Notes: a model not told the origin generated them from the sequence alone. A DNA stretch of 64,000 nt from a virus (IMGVR_UViG_3300025597_000613:87495-151494), one strand, 5' to 3'; numbered from the stretch's first letter, positions 8,752-19,754 are shown. Program-made: numbers and translations.

Positions 8752-10950
8752 TTAGAATCCAAAAACTACCATCAACCAAGCTCTTTGTCCTACTGCACCA
8801 ACAGCACCGGTATCTGAAGGTCTTGATTGAATACTAATTGTGTTTGATGCTGTAAAAATTCCATTTACAATATCAGGAGCAGTGTTTACACCACCACCCA
8901 CAACAGTTGTTGTTGTCTGAGTATAAGGTGCCGTAATTCTGAACGTATTGGTGTTGAAAATCTGTCCATACACAGTGATAGATTTTGGTGGATTCGATTT
9001 ACCTGTAAATGAATAACTTACTACACAGTTTGCACCATCAGTGACGGTTGCTGTAACGCCGGATGTCTGCGAAACAATTGCATCAACCGGAGCTAGTGTT
9101 CCTGCAGCACCTGCAGAATATTTGAACACAACAATTTCTGGCGAGCTTGAACCGCCACCGCCTGTGATTGTTGTATTTGTTACACCGGTAATTCTACCCT
9201 TGGCATCAACCGTAAACACGGGAACCTGTGTCGAGCTACCATATGTATTTGCCACGACACCTGTGGTAGATAATGTTGCTGCAAAGGAGCCTGTTCCAGA
9301 ACCTGTAACATCACCAGTTAGGGTAATTGTTTGATCACCGGTGTTGGTACCGGAAAGATTTGAACCCGTTACTGTTCCAGTTGCTGCTACGCTTGTAGGA
9401 GTAATATTTCCTAGACCAAAAGTCAATGTTCCGGAAGTAGTAATCGGTGAACCCGAAACTGTAATTCCGTTGTTACCAGTTGCTGCGACAGATGTTACTG
9501 TTCCAGATCCAGAGACCGCTGCCCAAGATACGTTTGTTCCATCTGTTGTTAAGAATCGACCGGCATTGCCTGTCTGCGATGGTAACAATGCATTTCTTGC
9601 ACCTTGTGCAGTTGTTGCACCTGTACCACCATTAGCAATAGCCAATGTACCGGAAAGTGTCAATGTACCCGATGAGGTAATTGGGCCACCGGTGAATGTC
9701 AACCCTGTTGTGCCGCCGGATGCGTTTACAGATGTGACCGTGCCAGAGGCTGTAATAGTAACGTTAGAAACACCTGTGATTCTGCCCTTTGCATCAACCG
9801 TAAAGACAGGCACTTGCGTTGCACTACCAAAGGTACCGACGTTAGCATTTACCGTGGATAATGTGGCAGGGAAGCTGCCAGTACCAGAACCGGTAACATC
9901 ACCAGTCAAACTAATAGTCTGGTCACCAGTATTTGTACCGCTGGATGATCCAGAAAAGTTTGAACCTGAAATTGTTCCGGTTGCTGCTACGCTTGTGGGA
10001 GTAATAGCACCAAGGCCGATTGTAATATTTGGAGTAGTAGTTCCATTTGTTACGTTTGTTGTTACGCCTTGTGTTCCGTTTGCGGTTACTTGCGTGACCG
10101 TGCCCGTTCCACCCGAAGAAATATTTACATTGGTAACTCCGGTAATTCTACCCTTGGCATCAACAGTAAAGACTGGAACCTGAGTTGCACTACCGAATGT
10201 TCCAACATTTGAATTGACAGTCGATAAAGTAGCCGCAAAGCTACCTGTACCGGATCCAGTAACATCACCAGTTAGACTGATTGTTTGATCACCGGTATTT
10301 GTACCACTGCTTGAACCACTAAAATTCGAACCAGAAATCGTACCAGTCGCTGCTACGCTGGTAGGAGTAATAGCACCAAGAGTTAATGTTATTGCTGGAG
10401 TAGTTGTTGGGTTTGCTACAGATCCAGAAACACCATTAGCAGAAACGACAGAAACACTTGTTACCGAACCACCTGCAGGTGGCTTATTTATTAGATCATT
10501 GTAATCACCAGTTGTGGCGACCAGGGCAAGACCCGAAATGCTGGCGGCTGGTATAGTAGTCGAATAGATGAGCTGTGTACCAGCCGAGTTCCATTTGACA
10601 TAACCGTCTGGAAGCGATGGTTTTGCTGTATCACTTAATCCGGCAAAACTGAAACTGCTGCTTGTCGGTTTATTCAGCAGAGTATTATAGTCTACGAAAG
10701 TATTCTCCCATAGATTAGTGAATGAGTTATAGACAAGTCCTTGTCCATTCTGTAGGGATAATGGGTTATCAACATTGCTTGAAACATCAAGTAATTCACC
10801 CAATCGTGTTGCGCCACCTGTGCCCGATCCCTCAGCATTTACGAAAGCTTTTCTAACTGAATCATATACAATAGTCTGCCCATCACGAAGATCCTTTATA
10901 AAAAAGGTTGGTACATACTGATTTAGCAGAGCATTTTGACCTACGATCAT
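8752..10950 (-). CDS. Tail-fibre-like protein with three internal repeats
   Basis: 732 aa, G/T/S-rich. Confidence 0.7.
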   Translation of the reverse strand: MIVGQNALLNQYVPTFFIKDLRDGQTIVYDSVRKAFVNAEGSGTGGATRLGELLDVSSNVDNPLSLQNGQGLVYNSFTNLWENTFVDYNTLLNKPTSSSFSFAGLSDTAKPSLPDGYVKWNSAGTQLIYSTTIPAASISGLALVATTGDYNDLINKPPAGGSVTSVSVVSANGVSGSVANPTTTPAITLTLGAITPTSVAATGTISGSNFSGSSSGTNTGDQTISLTGDVTGSGTGSFAATLSTVNSNVGTFGSATQVPVFTVDAKGRITGVTNVNISSGGTGTVTQVTANGTQGVTTNVTNGTTTPNITIGLGAITPTSVAATGTISGSNFSGSSSGTNTGDQTISLTGDVTGSGTGSFPATLSTVNANVGTFGSATQVPVFTVDAKGRITGVSNVTITASGTVTSVNASGGTTGLTFTGGPITSSGTLTLSGTLAIANGGTGATTAQGARNALLPSQTGNAGRFLTTDGTNVSWAAVSGSGTVTSVAATGNNGITVSGSPITTSGTLTFGLGNITPTSVAATGTVTGSNLSGTNTGDQTITLTGDVTGSGTGSFAATLSTTGVVANTYGSSTQVPVFTVDAKGRITGVTNTTITGGGGSSSPEIVVFKYSAGAAGTLAPVDAIVSQTSGVTATVTDGANCVVSYSFTGKSNPPKSITVYGQIFNTNTFRITAPYTQTTTTVVGGGVNTAPDIVNGIFTASNTISIQSRPSDTGAVGAVGQRAWLMVVFGF
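9166..10470 (-). repeat. Three copies of a ~110-117 aa repeat in the fibre gene
   Basis: Unit ITPTSVAATGT...NTGDQTI.LTGDVTGSGTGSF.ATLST...GS.TQVPVFTVDAKGRITGV at about 10121-10470, 9754-10104 and 9166-9504; synonymous sites have diverged. Confidence 0.9.
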
Positions 10951-10963
10951 TTCTTATTATTCC

Positions 10964-11401
10964 TTATAAACTCAACAATACCTTATCAATCTGACCCCAT
11001 TGCCATGTCTGCCATTGAGGGTTAGGTGGGGGAGGTTGAATATAGTCTCTTGTGAGTACCGCTCTTAGAAATACAAAATTTCCAATAAAAGTAGTTGCCA
11101 TTGAGCCTGTGTCGCCGCCGTTGGCTCCTGTGGGGGCAAGTGGATCAATTGGGAATGGAATAAATGGTGTATTTACATCACCGAGTGGATTTAATTTTAT
11201 CCAGAACCAATCTTCTGGCTTTGGATCCAATGCAAGTGTGCCCTGCAAACCAAAACCGCCTACTAAATTCTGATAGATTACCTGCACGGTGTGTATACCA
11301 TCTGTGTAACCATAGTAGGCATCGGCCCGGACGGGCTCGCCGATAACATTCCAGCGAGTGCCGGTATTTGTCATCATGAGAACTGATTTTCTAATTGCCA
11401 T
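10964..11401 (-). CDS. Hypothetical late protein, first gene of the structural operon
   Basis: 145 aa; late promoter at 11424. Confidence 0.7.
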   Translation of the reverse strand: MAIRKSVLMMTNTGTRWNVIGEPVRADAYYGYTDGIHTVQVIYQNLVGGFGLQGTLALDPKPEDWFWIKLNPLGDVNTPFIPFPIDPLAPTGANGGDTGSMATTFIGNFVFLRAVLTRDYIQPPPPNPQWQTWQWGQIDKVLLSL

Positions 11402-11457
11402 GGTGTTCCTTCTTGTTCTCTATTATTTATCAGAAGGAGGCAAGAATTATAGCCCAC

Positions 11458-11481
11458 AAAAAAAGGCCCCGGAGGGCCTTT
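11458..11481 (-). terminator. Intrinsic terminator after clpA
   Basis: AAAGGCCC-TCCG-GGGCCTTT plus a T-tract. Confidence 0.85.
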
Positions 11482-11498
11482 CTGTGGGATGTTTTAGA

Positions 11499-13715
11499 TT
11501 AGACTAAAACAGGAACTTCTTCATTTGAATAGCATCTAACCACGATTCCGTTGACATCAATATCGATGACAACTCGTCCACCCTTAAGGAGCTTACCAAA
11601 CAGGATTTCCTTGGACAACGGCTTCATGATTTCATTCTCAAAAAGTCGGTTGAAGGGTCTTGCACCCATCTTAGGATCCAGTCCCTTAGTGGCAAGCCAT
11701 TCAGTTGCCTGGGCGGTTACCGCGAAGATAATATTCTTGCTGGCAAGAATATTACGAGTATCCTCAATCTTCGAATTAACAATGAGTCTCATTTCCTCGA
11801 TGCCGAGCTTATTGAATTTAACAATAGCGTCGAGTCGGTTTCGGAATTCCGGACTAAACAGTCTCTTCAATTCAGTATCTACAGCAACGCTGTTATCCTG
11901 ATTGCCAAAACCAATGCGATTTCTTTCGGCTTCGGCAGCACCGGCATTAGCAGACATGATAAGAACCACGTTGGAGAAGTCAACAGTCTTACCCTTGCTG
12001 GATGTCAACCGTGCATCATCCATAACCTGGAGAAGAATTGTAAACACCTCTGGGTGTGCCTTCTCAATTTCGTCGAGCAATAGAACACACGAAGGATTAG
12101 CATCAATCTCTGCAATAAGCTGTCCTTCGCCCATCTTGCCTTCGCCGTGACCCACATAGCCCGGAGGGGCACCGATGAGTCGAGAAACCGTATGCTTTTC
12201 CATGTATTCCGACATATCAAAGCGCACAAGCTTGACACCCATCAATTCGGCAAGTTTCTTCGCAGCGAAGGTCTTACCAGAACCAGTGGGTCCAGTGAAC
12301 AAGAAATTACCAATGGGCTTGTTTGTAGCACGCAATCCTGCCTTAGACATGTAGATAGCTTCCACAAGGCTTACGATAGCAGCATCCTGGCCGTATACAA
12401 TATCCTTCAGCTTGGTTTCAAGATTGGCGAGCTGGGTATTTTCCTTCTGGTCAATCTTATCAACAGGGATACGGGCAATCTTTGCCGCACACTTGGTAAC
12501 GACATCATCAGTTACCGTGGCCAAATCATTCAACTTGGCATAAGCACCCGCCGCATCCATAATATCCATAGCCTTGTCAGGGAAGAACTTATTCTTCATG
12601 TAACGATCGGCAAGGCTAACACACAGGTCGGTAGTACCTTCCATGTATGTCACATTATGGAATTTTTCGTAATGCTTGGTAACACCGCGCAGAATTTCCT
12701 TTGTTTGCTCAGCAGTGGGCTGATTCACATCGTACTTCTGGAAACGACGCAGCAGAGCCTTGTCTTTTTCGAAGTGTTCGTGGAATTCATCGTAGGTGGT
12801 AGCACCGACGCACATCAGCTGACCTTTTGCCAACATAGGCTTCAGCAGGTTACCAGCATCCATTGTGCTACCGCTTGTGGAACCTGCACCGAGAATCATG
12901 TGAATCTCATCAATGAACATAATGACATTGCCGAGCTTCTTAACTTCATCCAGTACAGCCTTGAGTCGTTCTTCAAAATCGCCTCGGAACTTAGTTCCTG
13001 CAATCAAAGCACCAATATCGAGACTATGGACAACTTTCTCCTGCAGGGCCTTAGGAACTTCCTTGTTGACAATCTTCAACGCCAGACCTTCGGCGAGTGC
13101 AGTCTTACCCACGCCCGGTTCACCCACATAGATAACATTATTCTTCTTACGACGAGCAAGAATCTCAATAGTATCCAACACTTCACGCTCACGACCAATT
13201 ACCGGGTCAATGGAACCATCGCTTGCTTCCTTATTTAGGTTGCGAGCATACAGTGCAAGGGCGCTTTCTTCCTTGCCTTCAGATTTTTCGCTACCCTTAC
13301 GAAGATGGGTGATAATCTTCTCTCTAGTCACACCACTCTTAGCAAGATAGTAATGTGCATGACTGGTATCTTCACTAAGAATGCTCAGCAGGATAGCCTC
13401 GAGCGTGAGCTCATTGCGACCACTGAAAATAAGTTGGGTAAAAGCTCGTTGGAAAGTACGATTTAGAACCTGTGTTCTCTTTGCAGGAACATCCTTCAGC
13501 GAATCCGGCTTCTTCATCTCCGGGTTACCGAGGAACTGCACAAGCTCAGTCTTAATCTTTGCAGGTTGGCCACCAATGGCCAGAATCAAATCTTGAATTT
13601 CCTTCTCACTAAGCAAAGAAAGTAAAAGGTGCTCAAGCGTCACATATTCGTGATTGTTATCATTGGCGATACCAATTGCACGAGCAACCATTTTATCAAC
13701 TTTTTGTGTACTCAT
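11499..13715 (-). CDS. clpA: ATP-dependent Clp protease ATP-binding subunit ClpA
   Basis: N-domain EHLLL; two AAA+ modules ([16 protein letters not shown]); [11 protein letters not shown]; IGF loop; no ClpB middle domain. Confidence 0.95.
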   Translation of the reverse strand: MSTQKVDKMVARAIGIANDNNHEYVTLEHLLLSLLSEKEIQDLILAIGGQPAKIKTELVQFLGNPEMKKPDSLKDVPAKRTQVLNRTFQRAFTQLIFSGRNELTLEAILLSILSEDTSHAHYYLAKSGVTREKIITHLRKGSEKSEGKEESALALYARNLNKEASDGSIDPVIGREREVLDTIEILARRKKNNVIYVGEPGVGKTALAEGLALKIVNKEVPKALQEKVVHSLDIGALIAGTKFRGDFEERLKAVLDEVKKLGNVIMFIDEIHMILGAGSTSGSTMDAGNLLKPMLAKGQLMCVGATTYDEFHEHFEKDKALLRRFQKYDVNQPTAEQTKEILRGVTKHYEKFHNVTYMEGTTDLCVSLADRYMKNKFFPDKAMDIMDAAGAYAKLNDLATVTDDVVTKCAAKIARIPVDKIDQKENTQLANLETKLKDIVYGQDAAIVSLVEAIYMSKAGLRATNKPIGNFLFTGPTGSGKTFAAKKLAELMGVKLVRFDMSEYMEKHTVSRLIGAPPGYVGHGEGKMGEGQLIAEIDANPSCVLLLDEIEKAHPEVFTILLQVMDDARLTSSKGKTVDFSNVVLIMSANAGAAEAERNRIGFGNQDNSVAVDTELKRLFSPEFRNRLDAIVKFNKLGIEEMRLIVNSKIEDTRNILASKNIIFAVTAQATEWLATKGLDPKMGARPFNRLFENEIMKPLSKEILFGKLLKGGRVVIDIDVNGIVVRCYSNEEVPVLV

Positions 13716-13723
13716 TCTTTTCC

Positions 13724-14545
13724 TTAAAGTGTGATTTTTTCACGGCGTGGCATAGTCTTCAAAAATTCCCTTTGTTCATCAGTTAATGTCTTTGGAACAC
13801 TAACGGTGACTCTTACCATAAGATCACCAAATCTGTCAAACTCAGGATTCTTCATACCCTTACCGGAAAGCTTTATTACCTGTCCAGTTTGAATTCCAGC
13901 AGGTATACTAAATTGTAATATAGCTCGATCTAAATGCTCAAGCTCCGTATCCACTCCCAACATGGCCTCAATGGCATTTATCTCGAGATCTACAAGAAGA
14001 TCATCATCAGATCTTCTAAATTTATGATGAGGCCTTACGACTATTTCGAAGATCTGAGATTCTACGAAGAATCTAGCCCCACTGCGTACACCTGCCGGAA
14101 GCTGTACAGACGCATTGGGCAATTTTATAACTTTACCCGAATATGCTTCTTCTAGGGAAATATTTATTACCTGGCGCGGCTTGGTCGGCCCTCTTTGTGT
14201 TTGACGAAATGCTTCAAAGCCGTGATCACCGAATACGCGGTTAAAGACCTCCTGGAAGTCCCCACCACTATCGGTAAATGTCCAGGTTCGATGTGTTTGA
14301 CCAGTTCCGTGCTGGAATGGATTATTATGACCATATTGGTCGTAGGTAGCTTTTTTCTGGGCATCGGACAAGGTCTCGTATGCCTCCTTAGCTTCCTTAA
14401 ATTTTTCCTCTGCAACCTTCTGTTCAGGCCCCTGATTTCTATCAGGATGATATTTCATTGCCAACTTTCTGTAGGCCTTTTTAATATCATCATCGGAAGC
14501 ATTCTTAGCAAGCCCGAGAACTTCGTAATAATCTCGTTTGCTCAT
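13724..14545 (-). CDS. dnaJ: DnaJ-family co-chaperone without zinc fingers (type II/CbpA-like)
   Basis: DYYEVLG...HPD J-domain and a C-terminal domain; no CxxCxGxG repeats. Confidence 0.9.
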   Translation of the reverse strand: MSKRDYYEVLGLAKNASDDDIKKAYRKLAMKYHPDRNQGPEQKVAEEKFKEAKEAYETLSDAQKKATYDQYGHNNPFQHGTGQTHRTWTFTDSGGDFQEVFNRVFGDHGFEAFRQTQRGPTKPRQVINISLEEAYSGKVIKLPNASVQLPAGVRSGARFFVESQIFEIVVRPHHKFRRSDDDLLVDLEINAIEAMLGVDTELEHLDRAILQFSIPAGIQTGQVIKLSGKGMKNPEFDRFGDLMVRVTVSVPKTLTDEQREFLKTMPRREKITL

Positions 14546-14547
14546 GG

Positions 14548-14661
14548 TTATTTTCTTCTAGAAAAAAGCTTGTCGTAGATAACAAACCAATAATATAATG
14601 GCAGGGCTAGAATTATCAAGGCAATCATTAATGCCCTGCGTTCAGGCCGTTCTGTTTCCAT
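14548..14661 (-). CDS. 37 aa single-TM peptide (not in the ORF track)
   Basis: [37 protein letters not shown]; TAATG-coupled to infA and fills the gap before dnaJ. Confidence 0.55.
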   Translation of the reverse strand: METERPERRALMIALIILALPLYYWFVIYDKLFSRRK

Positions 14662-14882
14662 TAGAATCGATAGGTAATTCTACCAAGTGAAAGATCGTAT
14701 GGACTCATCTCGATCTCAACTTCATCATCAAGAAGGATTTGGATATTATTCTTGCGGATCTTACCGCTGATAACTGCGTTCAAGACATGCCCGTTTTCTA
14801 GTTTTACTTTAAATCGAGCACCTGGGGCTGCATCAGTAACACGACCCCGTGTAATAATCATATCATCTTTGTCTTTAGCCAA
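14661..14882 (-). CDS. infA: Translation initiation factor IF-1
   Basis: FKVKLENGH...[13 protein letters not shown]...[15 protein letters not shown]; TTG start. Confidence 0.93.
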   Translation of the reverse strand: MAKDKDDMIITRGRVTDAAPGARFKVKLENGHVLNAVISGKIRKNNIQILLDDEVEIEMSPYDLSLGRITYRF

Positions 14883-14888
14883 GTTATC

Positions 14889-15641
14889 TTATCCTCTAAG
14901 TTTTATTTCAAGATTTTTTAGTAACATTACCTTGTCGCCCTTATTGACGGCAAGATATTTTCCAAGTGGAAGAATTTGACAATCACCTAAGATATGTTCG
15001 AGCATTCGAGCCTCGCTGGATTTACGATTCAAATCGAATGCAGCCTCTGAAAGGAAATTTCTGCCCACAACGGTATCATAGTCACCGATGTCAACCATCT
15101 CTGCGACCACTTTTTTAGATCCAGTCCCCATTATAATTGAATCACCCTCGAGATGCAAGTACATAACCATAGAATCCTTCAAGAATTCTCTAATTTCTTC
15201 CTGTGTAGATTCTTTCATAAATTCATCCTTGGTTAAGTATTCATCCGGTTTAATAATTACATATTTGAAAACACTAGGATCCATTAAATCAAATTCCTTA
15301 TCATCAGATAGATAAGTTTTAATTTTCCATTCTAGTTCGCCCGATACATTTTCCACATCCTTGACAAGTGCTTGAAATTTATTTGGAAAAGTTTCATCTC
15401 TCGACATTTCGACGAAAACGAGATAGCGCCCTTCTTCGTCTGTATTGGGACTTACTTCAACATCCAGAGTGTCGATGAATCCTCGTTGGATGAATGTGTT
15501 TAGGTCTTCCGCTGGTTCCATGTCGGTGAGGTAGAAGGCCACTACAATGACTTCCTTATTATTTCCGGCCTTAGGTTCAAACTCATCGATAGAAATTAGC
15601 GGTTTAATAGTACCTGCTAGATCGCCATTCTTCAAGCTCAT
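14889..15641 (-). CDS. Hypothetical phage protein
   Basis: 250 aa ORF overlapping the upstream gene by ATGA. Confidence 0.75.
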   Translation of the reverse strand: MSLKNGDLAGTIKPLISIDEFEPKAGNNKEVIVVAFYLTDMEPAEDLNTFIQRGFIDTLDVEVSPNTDEEGRYLVFVEMSRDETFPNKFQALVKDVENVSGELEWKIKTYLSDDKEFDLMDPSVFKYVIIKPDEYLTKDEFMKESTQEEIREFLKDSMVMYLHLEGDSIIMGTGSKKVVAEMVDIGDYDTVVGRNFLSEAAFDLNRKSSEARMLEHILGDCQILPLGKYLAVNKGDKVMLLKNLEIKLRG

Positions 15642-16207
15642 ATTTCCTCTCCAGGCATCTGATCAGCTTCCGGGCCACCCATTGTCTGGTCCGTCGGTGC
15701 TTCAGCAGTTCCTTGATCTGGCATTTCGTCATCAAATGCGTCGGCTAATTCTGCGTTGGTCTCTTCGATATCCTTCTGGATGATATCGTCGGTTTGTTCA
15801 AGACCTCTGTTAATATACTTTATAGGAAGATCAATAGAAACAAGCCAAATTTCATGTTCAGACATCTTTGCACGCTTTGTTTCTGGATCTGCCCAATCCT
15901 GTGGGCCGGTTACTTTAACGGGTTTCTTAAAAATACCCTTTCGGAATCCCACTTTTGCCCCAATCTTGGTAAGACGTAACCCGCCATTTGGATCGGGCAT
16001 CTTTGCGTATGGATACATCCATGTGGTCTTATACCAATATCTTTCAATAAACGGACCCTCAACCAATTCTCCCAAAATCCAGTTTTGGTAAGCAAACACT
16101 TCGGCATTATCGAGAGTTCTTTCAAATTCAAGAAGTGTATCAAGTAATGTCTCGCCCTTGGAGATACTTACTAATGTTTTCTTAATAGAATCTAGATCGG
16201 TAGTCAT
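15638..16207 (-). CDS. Hypothetical phage protein with an acidic C-tail
   Basis: Likely start MTTDLDS with SD GAGGA and a late promoter at 16226. Confidence 0.75.
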   Translation of the reverse strand: MTTDLDSIKKTLVSISKGETLLDTLLEFERTLDNAEVFAYQNWILGELVEGPFIERYWYKTTWMYPYAKMPDPNGGLRLTKIGAKVGFRKGIFKKPVKVTGPQDWADPETKRAKMSEHEIWLVSIDLPIKYINRGLEQTDDIIQKDIEETNAELADAFDDEMPDQGTAEAPTDQTMGGPEADQMPGEEI

Positions 16208-16416
16208 TGTTGTCCTCGTTTGCATTATTTATCGATATTCTTGAAGATCTTGAAACTTTTGATTTTAGCACCATTCTAAATTTATCTAGCTTTGGAAAGG
16301 ATAAATATCTTGGTATGCAAAATACACTCGATAGTATTATCGATGCTTCCGATTCTGGGCAGTTCTTGCCTAGCATTCCATCAGACCAAAAAATAAACAA
16401 AATAAGGAGTACAACC

Positions 16417-17163
16417 TTGAGCAAAAACCGTAAGTTGGCTAAGATGCCTTCGCAATCTCGCGGACCAAAACAGGTCGAAGAAACACAATCTGCTAGTATC
16501 TATAAATTGAATAGCAGAAACTATAAAAAAGTTGAACTAATTCCACGCAATACAGCTCAAGAAAATTATGTGGAGGCCCTTTATGACAAGCGTATGGTAT
16601 TCGCGCTAGGTCCAGCAGGAACAGGTAAGACACTCTTAGCCGTTCTCAGGGCAATTAAGGCACTTAGAGAACAAGAAATTACAAAAATTATCATTACAAG
16701 ACCTGCAGTCAGCGTTGATGAAAAACACGGCTTCTTGCCAGGGGATTTGAATGCTAAAATGGAACCTTGGACACGTCCAATCTTTGATGTGTTTGAAGAA
16801 TACTATGGACTCCAGGAAACAAAGAGATTGTTGGATGATGGTATTATCGAAATTGCACCACTTGCCTTCATGAGAGGAAGAACATTTAAGCATTCGTATA
16901 TCATTGCTGATGAAATGCAAAATGCAACTCCAGAGCAAACAAAGATGCTCTTAACACGTATTGGCGAAGGTAGTTCTATGGTGTTAACGGGCGACTTGAA
17001 GCAGCACGACAGAGGATTTGATAAGAACGGTCTCAAGGATTTTGTTGACAGACTTGCTCAACATAAGAAAACCTCCATGGCAGTCTGCACATTTGGTAGA
17101 CAGCATGTTGAGAGAGATCCACTCGTTGCTGATGTTCTGGAAATATACGGGGAGGATGATTAA
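16417..17163 (+). CDS. phoH: PhoH-like ATPase
   Basis: GPAGTGKT, ITRPAV, LPGDL..KM.PW, RGRTF, DEMQN, GDLKQ. Likely start is TTG 16417 after AAGGAG. Confidence 0.95.
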   Translation: MSKNRKLAKMPSQSRGPKQVEETQSASIYKLNSRNYKKVELIPRNTAQENYVEALYDKRMVFALGPAGTGKTLLAVLRAIKALREQEITKIIITRPAVSVDEKHGFLPGDLNAKMEPWTRPIFDVFEEYYGLQETKRLLDDGIIEIAPLAFMRGRTFKHSYIIADEMQNATPEQTKMLLTRIGEGSSMVLTGDLKQHDRGFDKNGLKDFVDRLAQHKKTSMAVCTFGRQHVERDPLVADVLEIYGEDD

Positions 17164-17187
17164 AAAAGGGCCCTTGGGGCCCTTTTT
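17163..17187. terminator. Bidirectional terminator between convergent genes
   Basis: AAAAAGGGCCC-TTG-GGGCCCTTTTT. Confidence 0.9.
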
Positions 17188-17509
17188 AATTTGTTACTTT
17201 TGAAATTTCAGTTAGTTGTCTTTGATATCTTTCACGAAGAGCGTCCTCAAGCGGCGTCAGTTTGCGATCCGGTGCTTGCGCCCTCTTAAAGTCTAATTCG
17301 AATAGCTTATCCTCAAGCATTTGCTTTCTTAAAATCTGAGTATTTCTTTCGATTGATCTTGTGGTCTCTGTTTTATCTTTTTCAACATCTGCTGCGTGGG
17401 CATAACGTGCATCCAAGGTAAACATGGCTACAACAATTGAAGTAATTGTTCCGGCAGAACCGAATATTACCTTCCACGGATTTTCTTTGATTGATTGCAT
17501 TACTGGCAT
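17186..17509 (-). CDS. Single-TM, coiled-coil late protein
   Basis: N-terminal hydrophobic helix; late promoter at 17527. Confidence 0.65.
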   Translation of the reverse strand: MPVMQSIKENPWKVIFGSAGTITSIVVAMFTLDARYAHAADVEKDKTETTRSIERNTQILRKQMLEDKLFELDFKRAQAPDRKLTPLEDALRERYQRQLTEISKVTN

Positions 17510-17564
17510 ATCTATTCCCTCTCTACTATTTATTAAAAAATAGTTTCAAGGAAATAACCCAACT

Positions 17565-18167
17565 TTAAGGTTGGATATTATATGCCTTGCAAATCATCCC
17601 GTAAATTTCTTCCCAGGGCTTTTCATTGCTTACAGTTGGGAATAAGTCAGTTGCATAATGAGAATTGTATGGTTGTGCAATCAAAATAGGGCGAAGGCCG
17701 GCCTCATAACCCGCTTCAGCCTGCCTCATATGATCTTCAATCCAAAAATAGTTAGATGCGGCCCAGCGTTTTAGTACCTCGTGCTTACTTGCACCCATCT
17801 CGATGCATACAATCTCATCAAAGATATTTCCGAACAAATTGTGCAGGTTTTGAGTCCTGTGCTTTTTTGCATCGGGATGAGAGCTAAGGCTTGTGACTAC
17901 AGTAAATCTAAAGCCTTTTTCAACCAGTTTAGCCACATACTTCAGTGAATCGCCAAACGGTTCAAGTTCAGCAATAAGTGGACTCTCGCTGAATTCCTTT
18001 ATTAGTGCTCCGGCGGTATCCCAATCGATATTATAACGATCGGTCATTTTATATTCATGGCTTGTTCCGGGGATAACCTCATATCCACGGCTCTCCATGA
18101 ACTTTTCAAAGCCTTTTACCCAAAATACAAGTACGCCATCAGCGTCGGTAAGAATGTGCTTATCCAT
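17565..18167 (-). CDS. HAD-superfamily 5'-nucleotidase-like hydrolase
   Basis: LTDADGVL (motif I), VTS (motif II), K and WIEDH (motifs III/IV). Confidence 0.8.
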   Translation of the reverse strand: MDKHILTDADGVLVFWVKGFEKFMESRGYEVIPGTSHEYKMTDRYNIDWDTAGALIKEFSESPLIAELEPFGDSLKYVAKLVEKGFRFTVVTSLSSHPDAKKHRTQNLHNLFGNIFDEIVCIEMGASKHEVLKRWAASNYFWIEDHMRQAEAGYEAGLRPILIAQPYNSHYATDLFPTVSNEKPWEEIYGMICKAYNIQP

Positions 18168-18529
18168 TATACATCAAACACCGTTTTGGCACGAAGATTT
18201 CCGTGCTGGTCCACAAATAATGCATCACCTGCATCAGTAATCTCGGGGTTTGTATCTACAGGACGATACACTGCATCCAATTGTGCCATTTGCTTTGGAT
18301 ATTTCTTTCGAATATATCCCTCAAATTCATCATAATCCTTAATACCGAATCTTGTACCACTGATAACTTTTCGATTCAGATAATCTGCGGTGGCGGTTGC
18401 CATTGTTGCATGCTTATTACGTAGAGTGTTGACGAACTCAACTGTTTCTTGAGTTTCCCATTCAGTCTTAGAGCCTTTCTTTAGGCGATGAATGTGTGAT
18501 AGTACAATGAAAACTTTTTCCTTAGCCAT
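18167..18529 (-). CDS. Hypothetical protein
   Basis: 120 aa, translationally coupled. Confidence 0.7.
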   Translation of the reverse strand: MAKEKVFIVLSHIHRLKKGSKTEWETQETVEFVNTLRNKHATMATATADYLNRKVISGTRFGIKDYDEFEGYIRKKYPKQMAQLDAVYRPVDTNPEITDAGDALFVDQHGNLRAKTVFDV

Positions 18530-18536
18530 ATTTTCC

Positions 18537-18761
18537 TTAGAAATCTGTTATATGTTTTTCGTAACCGCAATATTTCAAACCCAAGAAGGATTCAATTTCA
18601 GTATCTTTATAGATTAATGCAATAAGCAATTCATAACCGGGTCTATCTGGTGCAACCGTTGTTGCTATGACTGTTCCCGGAAACATTCTATATAGATTTT
18701 TTCTTTCTTCCTCTATCATGTGTGATGGAAGAGTAAATTGCACGCGGCGTCCGTTGATCAC
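18537..18761 (-). CDS. Small hypothetical protein (possible member of the paralogue family)
   Basis: C-terminal IYKDTEIESFLGLKY. Confidence 0.6.
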   Translation of the reverse strand: MINGRRVQFTLPSHMIEEERKNLYRMFPGTVIATTVAPDRPGYELLIALIYKDTEIESFLGLKYCGYEKHITDF

Positions 18762-19699
18762 AGAACACCCTTAGCTATCATCTCCAACTCAACAAGTGTG
18801 GCACTGAGATTAATTTCAATATCAGCACACATCGTATGTTTCACGAGTCCGTCACGGATTGTGACAATACACTTATCTTCTTTGCTCTGATCTTCGCCGG
18901 CCCAGAAGCCTACATTCTGATACATGAAGCGATACATATCTTCGTATTCTTCCCGATTTACCTGAGAGCAAATAAGTTGGCGGGCTTCTTTATACTTTCC
19001 CTTACCAAATAATTCAATCATGTTAAGTTTGTAATCGGCAACATCTTCGGAATCTGCAGGAGGTGGATTAAGCTTTCCATCTACGGAACGAGCCTGAATC
19101 ATTCCAATACCACGTCTTAGATCGGGATATGTCTTTCTAGAGATAATCTCAAGTGCGTCAAAATCAATATCGATGTTTTCCTTTTGAAGAATATCGATGA
19201 GTCTCATATCATATTCATCTTTGTTTAGATTTTGAATATGCATCTTACCTGCTTCGCAACGAGAGTGAATTGCTTCAATTAACTTGTGTGGATAATTGCA
19301 GGTAAGCAGGAATCGAACGCTGGCCGCGTATTTTTCCATTGTACCTCTCAATGTGCCCTGAGCAGGTGCTGAAAGACCATCGGCCTCATCCAGGAATACA
19401 TAGCGAATTTCGCCATAACCCATTGTCTCGGCAAATTTCGTAATCTTATCTCGAATAAAATCCACACCGTTATCTTTTGATGCATTTACTTCGAGAACAT
19501 CAAAGGGATCTACCTTCAATTCATTCAGTAATGCTTTAATAAGTGTGGATTTTCCGGTACCCGGTGAACCAGAAAGGAGCATGTGCGGTAACGCCCCTTG
19601 TTTAATCCAATGATTTACAATAGTTTTTTGATTTTCATCCTTGAAGACGTATCCATCAAGGAGTGGTGGTCGATATTTTTCTACCCAAAGTTCTTTCAC
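18758..19699 (-). CDS. Clamp loader AAA+ subunit (RFC-small/T4 gp44-like)
   Basis: WVEKYRP, GSPGTGKST, LDEAD, FLLTCNY, DLRR. Confidence 0.93.
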   Translation of the reverse strand: MKELWVEKYRPPLLDGYVFKDENQKTIVNHWIKQGALPHMLLSGSPGTGKSTLIKALLNELKVDPFDVLEVNASKDNGVDFIRDKITKFAETMGYGEIRYVFLDEADGLSAPAQGTLRGTMEKYAASVRFLLTCNYPHKLIEAIHSRCEAGKMHIQNLNKDEYDMRLIDILQKENIDIDFDALEIISRKTYPDLRRGIGMIQARSVDGKLNPPPADSEDVADYKLNMIELFGKGKYKEARQLICSQVNREEYEDMYRFMYQNVGFWAGEDQSKEDKCIVTIRDGLVKHTMCADIEINLSATLVELEMIAKGVL

Positions 19700-19724
19700 A
19701 GGTGTTATCCTTATTGTTTGTGTG

Positions 19725-19754
19725 ACTATAACACGAGCAATTGACTATCGTCAA
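19725..19754 (-). promoter_or_regulatory. sigma70 promoter
   Basis: TTGACG-N18-TATAGT with an extended -10 TG. Confidence 0.6.

Noticed and set aside
9041-10183. Plus-strand ORFs of 97 and 280 aa
   Set aside because: Antisense to the Thr/Gly-rich fibre repeats; they only mirror its codons.
12147-13238. 363-aa plus-strand ORF
   Set aside because: Antisense shadow of clpA caused by its codon bias; no start signals or motifs.
16207-16416. 70-aa N-terminal extension of phoH in the ORF track
   Set aside because: It spans the divergent promoter region; the SD AAGGAG supports TTG 16417.
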